From: Clostridiales bacterium
Lineage (GTDB): Bacteria; Bacillota; Clostridia; Saccharofermentanales; Saccharofermentanaceae
Assembly (NCBI GenBank): GCA_017962145.1
Contig: JAGCVX010000014.1
Coordinates: forward strand, 5,162 to 69,161
Reading direction: 5' to 3'
DNA: 64,000 bases
In this document: positions 28,167 to 35,944 of the stretch, piece by piece
Numbering within the stretch: the stretch's first letter is position 1
How the letters are laid out: each line of letters begins with the position of its first letter
Position numbers and translations under genes: made by a program
The notes under the pieces: model-generated
What the model saw: the letters and a program-made list of their open reading frames with translations, nothing else
Database searches by the model: none
What the model was told of the DNA's origin: nothing

Positions 28167-28829
28167 ATGGAACATGTTGACCAGATCATCGATGCACTGA
28201 CTGCGCGAAAGCAGACCATACCTCAGTATTTTACCTACGAGGACGTTCCGCTGAACGAATCGGAGTGGCTGCGGTATGCCTGCATTCCGACACGTGACCA
28301 TGCCATCGTAAAAGAAGATCCGAAGTTTACCGCCTCGATGGCAAAGGCACTTTCGCTGATCTCAAAGGAGTGTGTGTTCCGTGTCGGTTTTCTTGCGACG
28401 CCGCTGGTCTGGGATCAAGAAGGATTTCCGATCCTTCCCTTTGCACAGAAATCCGAAAAACTCCGAAAGACGATCGAAGGCTGCCGGTACGCCGTGCTTT
28501 TTGCGGCGACGATCGGATCCGGTGTGGACCGTCTGATCCGAAGATACGAGAAAGCTGATCCGCAGCTGGGTCTTCTTATGCAGGGTCTTGGCGCGGAGCG
28601 TGTGGAATCCTTATGCGATCTTTTTAATGCGGAAGTAGACGCAGCTTCTGACTCGATCGGAACTGCGACACGTCGCCGCTATTCACCGGGGTACGGAGAT
28701 CTTCCGATCGAAGCCCAAAGAGAATTTCTGCCGCTTCTCGACGCGGAAAGACGTCTCGGCATCACACTTTCGCAATCCTGCCTGATGGCGCCCAGCAAAA
28801 GCGTTACGGCAATTATCGGCATCGAGTGA
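28167..28829 (+). CDS. Stand-alone methionine synthase activation (reactivation) domain protein
   Basis: C-terminal RRYSPGYGDLPIEAQREFLPLLDAERRLGITLSQSCLMAPSKSVTAIIGI matches the Met_synt_B12 pattern. Confidence 0.75.
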   Translation: MEHVDQIIDALTARKQTIPQYFTYEDVPLNESEWLRYACIPTRDHAIVKEDPKFTASMAKALSLISKECVFRVGFLATPLVWDQEGFPILPFAQKSEKLRKTIEGCRYAVLFAATIGSGVDRLIRRYEKADPQLGLLMQGLGAERVESLCDLFNAEVDAASDSIGTATRRRYSPGYGDLPIEAQREFLPLLDAERRLGITLSQSCLMAPSKSVTAIIGIE

Positions 28830-28930
28830 GAAACGCCCTTTCAAAACCCCTTATCAATGGATTTTAAGAGCCTTCTGTGCTAGTATAGTAAAGGTATATT
28901 TACATATGAGGGTGGGTAGGAATTTCGGAT

Positions 28931-30847
28931 ATGCGTGAAGCAGACAGTATCAAGAAAGAGAATGCATCTTTCGACAAGTGCAAAGACATCGTAGGTAAAC
29001 TAGGTCAAAATCCGCTGTTCATGGCTTTTTCCCTGAATCTGCTGGCATTTCTCATCAGGATCATTTTCTTCAACATCAAGTATGAAGTTTCGGATGACTA
29101 CATGACGGACGCACTTTTGTCCGGTGCTTTTGGAAGCGGCTACGATCCGATCCTTCTTTTCGGGAATCCGATCCTGGGCCACATGCTCGTATTCCTCTAT
29201 AAACTGATCCCGAACATCAGTTTCTATTTTGTACTTTTAGTCGTTCTCGGATTTGTCTCCGCAACGACGGTCCTATATCTGATTTTTAAGAAAAAGACGA
29301 ACGCGGTGACGATCGGCATGGCGATGCTGTTCCTGTTTTTCTTCGCGGATGACCTTTATATTCTGGTGCAGTTTACAAAAGTTTCTGCGGCAGCAGGTAT
29401 TGCCGGAGGTCTTTTAGTCCTTCGTGGATTATGGGAAAAAGAAGAACCGCACAAGATCCGTCTGATCGTTCTGGGTACGATCCTCGCCGTATTTGGTGCG
29501 ATGGTGCGTTTTACGACGATCTACCTGTTCGCATTCTTCCTCGTGATTGCTTTCCTTCGAAATGCACTGCCGCTTCTGCTTAATAAGCAGTCTTCAGATA
29601 GCGCTTCGAAAGAGGCTAAGATCTCGAAAGATGAACTGAAGGGCATAGGAAAAAGATTTCTCGCCTGCGTGCTTCTGATCGGTTTTCTTTTCGGACTGCA
29701 GTATCTCGGTAAATGGATCGCCAATCGTGACGAAGGACATCGGGAATTTAACAAGTTCCACGATATCCGAAGCAGCATCACGGATGTCATCACTCCGGAT
29801 TACGAGGAGATCGCCGATGAATATGCGGCACTCGGACTCGATAAGATCGATTACTACATGCTGGCAACATGGAACTTCGTGGATCGGGAAGTGTATTCAG
29901 ACGAGCTTCTGGAGGAAGTCGCGAAGATCCATAAGCAGGCCAGCGTGGATCAGACGCATTCCGTAAACTATGTGATCGATCTTCTGATCCAGAGAAACAC
30001 GCTGCTATACTGGTCGGCTCTCGGACTTTATGTGCTGATCCTGATTTGCCTGCTTCTCAGTAAAGACCGTATCTATCCGCTGGTGCTTCTTCTGGCGGCA
30101 GTCGGGATGCTCATGGCGTTTATCTACACAGGCCGCACGATGTACCGAGTCGAGTGGGGCGTATATTTCTGTGCGGTCGCATGTCTTTTGAGCAGTTTTG
30201 AATATAACGAGGAATCGGCTCCGGCAAAGATCCGCAAACACTATATGGGCAAGGAACGCCCTGTGATCGGTGTGTATGTGATGGTCCTGGTTCTCGGCAT
30301 CATGTGTACAAGAATCTCGAGACTTCTTCCGGATACTACCTATAAGAATATGTCTCATGAAGAATATCTCGAAAGCTTCAACAACACGATGCTTGCTTCC
30401 GGTGAATATCTTCCGGAGAAATATCTTTTCCCGTCTGTTGACAAGAAACCATTTCTGGCACTGACCGACCGTATGGAGAACGATTCGGAACATTTTTACT
30501 ACATCGATTTCTTTACCGGTATCCAGTCTCTGTATTTCGATTACGATCCGTGGATCCGTCCGCAGCAGGGACTTTTCTCTAAGAGCTATGCCTATTTCGG
30601 AAGTGTAGCCATGCATCAGCCTGGAGAACGCGATGCGCTCAAAGCCAACGGCTGCGATCCGGATAATCCGTATAAAAACCTGACCCTGGATAATATCTAT
30701 TTGGTTGATTCACTTTATTCCCCTGTCAAACTTGCCTACGTACAGAAATACTACTGTCCGGAAGCACAGCTGGAACAGGTCGGAGAAGTGGATGGATTTA
30801 TGATCTGGAAAATCTATGTCCCTGAGAGGAGTGAGAATAATGATTAA
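28931..30847 (+). CDS. Polytopic (~12 TM) membrane protein with a C-terminal soluble domain; candidate GT-C-type transferase
   Basis: Hydrophobic helices throughout. Acidic EVSDDYMTD motif directly after TM1. A ~190-aa hydrophilic tail. No recognised family. Confidence 0.35.
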   Translation: MREADSIKKENASFDKCKDIVGKLGQNPLFMAFSLNLLAFLIRIIFFNIKYEVSDDYMTDALLSGAFGSGYDPILLFGNPILGHMLVFLYKLIPNISFYFVLLVVLGFVSATTVLYLIFKKKTNAVTIGMAMLFLFFFADDLYILVQFTKVSAAAGIAGGLLVLRGLWEKEEPHKIRLIVLGTILAVFGAMVRFTTIYLFAFFLVIAFLRNALPLLLNKQSSDSASKEAKISKDELKGIGKRFLACVLLIGFLFGLQYLGKWIANRDEGHREFNKFHDIRSSITDVITPDYEEIADEYAALGLDKIDYYMLATWNFVDREVYSDELLEEVAKIHKQASVDQTHSVNYVIDLLIQRNTLLYWSALGLYVLILICLLLSKDRIYPLVLLLAAVGMLMAFIYTGRTMYRVEWGVYFCAVACLLSSFEYNEESAPAKIRKHYMGKERPVIGVYVMVLVLGIMCTRISRLLPDTTYKNMSHEEYLESFNNTMLASGEYLPEKYLFPSVDKKPFLALTDRMENDSEHFYYIDFFTGIQSLYFDYDPWIRPQQGLFSKSYAYFGSVAMHQPGERDALKANGCDPDNPYKNLTLDNIYLVDSLYSPVKLAYVQKYYCPEAQLEQVGEVDGFMIWKIYVPERSENND

Positions 30848-31982
30848 CTTTAATGAACCCCCGATGCTGGGTACGGAACTGAATTATATCACGGATGCAG
30901 TCATGACCTGCAAAAAACTCAGCGGTGACGGTAAGTATACCAAGCTCTGCAACGCCTGGATGGAGGAACATACGAGTGCGTCAAAGGCACTGTTGACGAC
31001 TTCCTGTACGCACGCGCTGGAGATGGCTGCGCTTTTATGTGAGATACGTGAAGGTGATGAGGTCATCATGCCTTCGTATACTTTCTGTTCAACGGCCGAT
31101 GCGTTTGTACTTCGTGGGGCGAAGATCGTATTCGTGGATATCCGCCCGGATACGATGAATATCGATGAGAAGCTGATCGAAGAGGCGATCACGGAAAAGA
31201 CGAAAGCCATCGTTCCCGTACACTATGCCGGTGTGGCCTGTGAGATGGACACGATCCTCGATATCGCCAAGCGTCATAACCTGTTTGTAGTAGAAGATGC
31301 GGCGCAGGGGGTGAAAGCTTTCTATAAAGGCCGTGCACTGGGTGCGATCGGAGATTTCGGATGTTTCAGTTTCCATGAGACGAAGAATTACTGCATGGGT
31401 GAAGGTGGTGCGATGCTTCTTCGTGAACCGGAATATATCGAGCGTGCGGAAATCATCCGTGAGAAAGGTACGAACCGAGCCAAGTTTTTCCGTGGTCAGA
31501 TCGATAAATATACCTGGGTCGACGCAGGAAGTTCCTATCTTCCAAGTGAACTGAATGCTGCCTACCTGTGGGCACAGTTGGATCAGGCTGATGAGATCCT
31601 CAATAAGCGCATGCATGTCTGGGATCTTTATAAGGAAGGTCTTTCAGATCTGGAAAAAGAAGGACATATCCAGCTTCCGTTTATCCCGGAAGAATGTGAG
31701 CACAATGCGCATATGTTTTATATCAAGTGCCGCGATCTCGAGGAACGTTCCGAATTGATCGCCTATCTCAGAAAGAAAGATATCAATGCGGTATTCCATT
31801 ATGTACCGCTGCATTCTTCGCCGGCAGGAAGAAAGTTCGGCCGGTTTTTCCAGGAAGACCGTTATACGACAAAAGAGAGTGACCGTCTGGTCCGTCTTCC
31901 GCTTCACTATAATCTGTCGGATGAGAACGTGACATATATCTGCGAAACACTCGCCGGCTTCTATAAAGGAGGCGAGAGATAA
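30840..31982 (+). CDS. DegT/DnrJ/EryC1-class sugar aminotransferase, close to WecE (dTDP-4-amino-4,6-dideoxygalactose transaminase)
   Basis: Long collinear identity with E. coli WecE as I recall it (EVIMPSYTF, VLRGAKIVFVD(I/V)RPDTMNIDE, VPVHYAGVACEMD, FHETKNY, NAHMFYIK, ESxRLxRLPL). Overlaps the upstream gene by 8 nt. Confidence 0.8.
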   Translation: MINFNEPPMLGTELNYITDAVMTCKKLSGDGKYTKLCNAWMEEHTSASKALLTTSCTHALEMAALLCEIREGDEVIMPSYTFCSTADAFVLRGAKIVFVDIRPDTMNIDEKLIEEAITEKTKAIVPVHYAGVACEMDTILDIAKRHNLFVVEDAAQGVKAFYKGRALGAIGDFGCFSFHETKNYCMGEGGAMLLREPEYIERAEIIREKGTNRAKFFRGQIDKYTWVDAGSSYLPSELNAAYLWAQLDQADEILNKRMHVWDLYKEGLSDLEKEGHIQLPFIPEECEHNAHMFYIKCRDLEERSELIAYLRKKDINAVFHYVPLHSSPAGRKFGRFFQEDRYTTKESDRLVRLPLHYNLSDENVTYICETLAGFYKGGER

Positions 31983-31984
31983 GG

Positions 31985-32998
31985 ATGGTCATCGTTTTTG
32001 GTGGAACTGGATTTATCGGACTTTATACGATCGAGGCGCTTGTCAAAGCCGGCTATGAAGTGATCGGAACGGGAAGAAATGCCCGCCTCGGAACGCTTGT
32101 CGAGCAGCTTGGCGCCAAATATCTGGAGCTGGACCTGACAAAGGAAGAGGATTTCAAAAAGCTTCCGACAGAAGGTGTCGAAGCCGTTATCCTGCTGGCC
32201 GGACTTCTACCGGCGCATGTCACGGCGGATCTTGTCGAAAATGAAAATGCCGCCGACTATTTTGAAGTAAATGTCATCGGCGCGATCCACGTGCTGGAAT
32301 ACTGCAGAAAGAACGGCATCCGTAAAGTCGTCGGCAGCTGCAGTTACAGTGATGTGTCCGGTGCATGGGGAACGGGTCGTGTGATCACGGAAGATGAACC
32401 GAGAAACTTCAAGTTTACGGGTGATCACGCGGTCTATGTGATCAGTAAGAACGCATGCAACGATGTCATGCAGTACTATAACGAGCAGCATGGTCTGCAG
32501 TGTTCCTGGTTCCGATTCCCACCGGTGTACGGCGTCGGCCCGCACGGCACGATCAAGGTGGACGGCAAGTCCTATAAATCCGGCATCGCGACGTTTATCG
32601 ACAATGCCGAATCCGGAAAAGATATCGAGCTTTGGGGTGATCCGCATATTTCTCGTGATATTATCTATGTAAAGGATGTGGCAGACGCGTATGTGAAAGC
32701 GATCCGAAGTGACAAGGCTCTGGGTCTTTACAACATGACAAGCGGTGTGGGACTGGATCTTGAAACGCAGGCACAGACCGTGATCGATGTATTCGGCAAG
32801 GACAAAGGAAGCCGGATCGTCTATCGTCCGGAAAAGAAGAACAACACACCATCCTATCTGTATTCGATGGAGAAAGCCGAAAGAGATTTCGGATTTGTTC
32901 CGCAGTATAAGGATTTTCGAAAGATGATGGAAGACTATAAGGAAGAACTGGAGAGCGGAAGATGGCAAATGCTGGTAGAAAGAAAAGAGACATACTGA
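31985..32998 (+). CDS. NAD-dependent epimerase/dehydratase (extended SDR)
   Basis: GGTGFIG Rossmann motif and YVISK (YxxxK). Confidence 0.75.
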   Translation: MVIVFGGTGFIGLYTIEALVKAGYEVIGTGRNARLGTLVEQLGAKYLELDLTKEEDFKKLPTEGVEAVILLAGLLPAHVTADLVENENAADYFEVNVIGAIHVLEYCRKNGIRKVVGSCSYSDVSGAWGTGRVITEDEPRNFKFTGDHAVYVISKNACNDVMQYYNEQHGLQCSWFRFPPVYGVGPHGTIKVDGKSYKSGIATFIDNAESGKDIELWGDPHISRDIIYVKDVADAYVKAIRSDKALGLYNMTSGVGLDLETQAQTVIDVFGKDKGSRIVYRPEKKNNTPSYLYSMEKAERDFGFVPQYKDFRKMMEDYKEELESGRWQMLVERKETY

Positions 32999-33960
32999 TC
33001 TCTGTAGTGATCCCGGTCTACGGGTGTAAAAAGGCGATCCCGGAACTGCATCGCCGCTTGAGCGAGTCACTTTCGAGTATCTCGGACAAATACGAGATCA
33101 TATATTCGAACGATGCCTGCCCGCAGGACTCCTGGAGCGAGATCAGCCGGATCTGCGATGAGGATAAACATGCGGTCGGCATCGAGATGGCCAGAAACTT
33201 CGGTCAGATGAAAGCGATCCTGGCAGGTCTGGATCATTCGTCAGGAAAGTATATCGTCGTCATGGACTGCGATCTGCAGGACCGCCCGGAAGAGATCCCG
33301 AAGCTGTACGCGAAGATCCGCGAAGGAAACGATATCGTATTTGCAAGACGTGCAAATCGAAAAGACAGCGCGATGAAAGTCTTCGTTTCGAATATGTTCT
33401 ATAAGCTCTACGAGTATGCCTCAGATACCGATTACGATGGCACGATCAGCAATTTCAGTATGGTGAGACGCCGCGTGATCGACTACTACTGCTCGATGCG
33501 AGAGCAGAGCCGAAGCTATGTCATCTATCTGAAATGGCTCGGTTTCCGTCAGGCTTATGTAGATGTTGAGCATAACGAACGTTTCGAAGGAAAGTCATCT
33601 TATAACTTCAAAAAGCGTATGAATATGGCGATCGACATCCTGACGTCACAGTCGGATAAGATCCTCCGTCTTACGGTGAAACTGGGGTTTGCGATCACGC
33701 TTCTTTCTTTGCTGGCGGTAATCTTTTTGGTCGTGCAGTATTTCACGATCCAGGTCGCTCCGGGATGGACCAGTACGATTGCCGTATCCTGCCTGATCTG
33801 CGGTCTTCTTTTGATGAGTAACGGTATCGTCGGAACCTATGTCGGCAATATCTTCATGCAGACGAAGGGACGTCCGCTTTACGTGATCCGTCAGATCAAA
33901 AACGGTCCGGAAAGCGAAGACGAAGAATCTTCCGACGAGGATGAAGGTGAAGAAGAATGA
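32962..33960 (+). CDS. GT2 polyprenyl-phosphate glycosyltransferase (ArnC/GtrB/CsbB type)
   Basis: VVIPVYG, ARNFGQMKAILAGLDHSSGKYIVVMDCDLQDRPEEI, two C-terminal TM helices and an acidic tail. Confidence 0.8.
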   Translation: MANAGRKKRDILISVVIPVYGCKKAIPELHRRLSESLSSISDKYEIIYSNDACPQDSWSEISRICDEDKHAVGIEMARNFGQMKAILAGLDHSSGKYIVVMDCDLQDRPEEIPKLYAKIREGNDIVFARRANRKDSAMKVFVSNMFYKLYEYASDTDYDGTISNFSMVRRRVIDYYCSMREQSRSYVIYLKWLGFRQAYVDVEHNERFEGKSSYNFKKRMNMAIDILTSQSDKILRLTVKLGFAITLLSLLAVIFLVVQYFTIQVAPGWTSTIAVSCLICGLLLMSNGIVGTYVGNIFMQTKGRPLYVIRQIKNGPESEDEESSDEDEGEEE

Positions 33961-35102
33961 AAAAACTTGCGATCATCGGTGCATCATACCTGCAGCTTCC
34001 TCTGATCCTTCGCGCGAAGGAGATGGGGATCGAGACCCACGTATTTGCATGGAAAGCAAACGATGTCGGTGAAACGGAAGCAGACTATTTCTATCCGATC
34101 AGCATCGTTGAAAAAGATCAGATCCTGGATCAGTGCCAAAAGATCGGCGTGGACGGCATCACGAGCATCGCCTCGGATCTGGCGGCCGTCACGGTCAACT
34201 ATGTTGCAGAGAAAATGGACCTGACCGGAAACGGTATCCAGAGTTCATTTTACGCATCCAATAAACATGCCATGCGCACGCGCTTTGCCGAAAACGGCGA
34301 TCCGTCGCCGAAAAGCATGGAATATGATCCTAAGCTGGATCTTTCTTCTTTTCAGCTTCCGCTGATCGTTAAACCGGCCGACCGTTCCGGAAGCCGTGGC
34401 ATCACGAAAATCGAAGATCTGAAGGAGATCCCGCAAGCCGTTTCTTACGCAAAAGAAGAAAGCTTTACCGGCGAAGTTCTGGTCGAGGAATTTGCCGAGG
34501 GCGAAGAGTTTAGTGTCGAGTGCATCTCGTGGGAAGGAAAGCATACGCTTTTGGCAATCACGAGAAAGTTCACCACAGGCAGCCCGTCTTTTGTAGAGAT
34601 GGGACATATGGAACCCGCATTTTTGAAAGACGATCCAATCTGTGAGAAGATCCGAAGCATCACGTACCATGCGCTCGACAGTCTTCAGATCCGCTATGGT
34701 GCTTCCCACACGGAAGTAAAGATCGATGAAAAAGGAAATATCAAGATCATCGAGATCGGTGGCCGTATGGGCGGAGACCTGATCGGAAGTTCACTGGTCC
34801 GCTTGTCGACAGGTGTGGATTTCGTCCGGGCTGTAATCGAAGTCGCACTGGGACAGGAACCGCAACTCGAAGGTGGTCTCAGCCGCGCCAGCGCAATCCG
34901 GTATTTCTTCAGCAAAGAAGATATCGAGCTTTATAACGAGATCAAAAGCGAGCATCCGGAATATATCGTGGAAGAATATAAAGTACATCTTCCGGAAGGT
35001 CATATTACTGACAGCTCCGTCCGTGAAGGATATTTTGTCATGTGCGCCGATTCTTTTGACGCGATCGATACTTATATGAGAAGAGGCGCAAAAAGTGAGT
35101 AA
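33957..35102 (+). CDS. ATP-grasp carboxylate-amine ligase
   Basis: KHAMRTRF, LIVKPADRSGSRGI, VLVEEFAEGEEFSVE, HTEVKIDEKGNIKIIEIGGRMGG. The start overlaps the GT2 stop. Confidence 0.75.
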   Translation: MKKLAIIGASYLQLPLILRAKEMGIETHVFAWKANDVGETEADYFYPISIVEKDQILDQCQKIGVDGITSIASDLAAVTVNYVAEKMDLTGNGIQSSFYASNKHAMRTRFAENGDPSPKSMEYDPKLDLSSFQLPLIVKPADRSGSRGITKIEDLKEIPQAVSYAKEESFTGEVLVEEFAEGEEFSVECISWEGKHTLLAITRKFTTGSPSFVEMGHMEPAFLKDDPICEKIRSITYHALDSLQIRYGASHTEVKIDEKGNIKIIEIGGRMGGDLIGSSLVRLSTGVDFVRAVIEVALGQEPQLEGGLSRASAIRYFFSKEDIELYNEIKSEHPEYIVEEYKVHLPEGHITDSSVREGYFVMCADSFDAIDTYMRRGAKSE

Positions 35103-35520
35103 GACGAAGCATACATGGAAGATCCTTTTGCTGTTACATCTTCTGCTGGGCGTTTATTCGTTAAGCGGCGTGTTCAGTAAGAAGGCGGCCGGGGAGGCTT
35201 TCCTGAGCCTGCGGTTCTGCCTTTTCTATGGCGGAATCATATTTCTTCTGGGTATATACGCGATTTTCTGGCAGCAGATCATCAAGAGGATGCCGTTGAC
35301 GACGGCGTACGCAAACAAAGCGGTCACGGTAGTATGGGGCCTGCTTTGGGGCATCGTGATCTTCCACGAAGGCATCACGATCAAAAAGACGATCGGAGCT
35401 CTGATCGTCATGGCCGGTATCGTCATATATTCCATCGAGTCAGCCAAAGAGGAAGAAAAAAAGGCGGCGGCTTCTATAGATGAGAAGGCTTCCGAGAAGG
35501 AGGCGACGGAAGATGAGTAG
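35095..35520 (+). CDS. Four-TM half-EamA/SMR-like protein (ArnE/ArnF-like flippase subunit)
   Basis: 141 aa, four hydrophobic helices and a charged tail. GTG start overlaps the ATP-grasp gene. Confidence 0.55.
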   Translation: MSKTKHTWKILLLLHLLLGVYSLSGVFSKKAAGEAFLSLRFCLFYGGIIFLLGIYAIFWQQIIKRMPLTTAYANKAVTVVWGLLWGIVIFHEGITIKKTIGALIVMAGIVIYSIESAKEEEKKAAASIDEKASEKEATEDE

Positions 35521-35854
35521 TCTCGGATATGCTGCCGTTTTGGTGTTTGGTGTGTTTATCAGTTCGATCTCGCAGGTGATACTAAAGAAAGCCGCGGATA
35601 AAAAGTATACGTCGGTGATCCGTGAGTACCTCAATGCCCGTGTCATCATCGCGTACAGTATTTTTGTCCTGGCAACGTTCATGTCGATCTATGCCTATAA
35701 GGGTCTGCCGCTTTCCTTCGGTCCGATCCTGGAAGCGACCGGATACATTTTTATCACGATCTGGGGACTTTTGTTTTTCAATGAGAAGCTGAATGCGAAA
35801 AAGGCACTGGCCCTGCTTCTGATCATCGGCGGTATCGTTATCTTCTCGATCTGA
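35513..35854 (+). CDS. Four-TM half-EamA/SMR-like protein (ArnE/ArnF-like flippase subunit)
   Basis: ATG 35513 follows GAAGGAGG and overlaps the upstream stop. SISQVILKKAA and LLLIIGGIVIFS resemble ArnE SVAGQLCQKQA and AFIIGGIVIL. Confidence 0.55.
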   Translation: MSSLGYAAVLVFGVFISSISQVILKKAADKKYTSVIREYLNARVIIAYSIFVLATFMSIYAYKGLPLSFGPILEATGYIFITIWGLLFFNEKLNAKKALALLLIIGGIVIFSI

Positions 35855-35944
35855 TACAAACTTCCCGCCATTTATGGTAAAATCACCGCATACATATCTA
35901 TTATCATCGCCTCTGAAATGAAGGAGGCGCAAGCGGGGTTTTGA

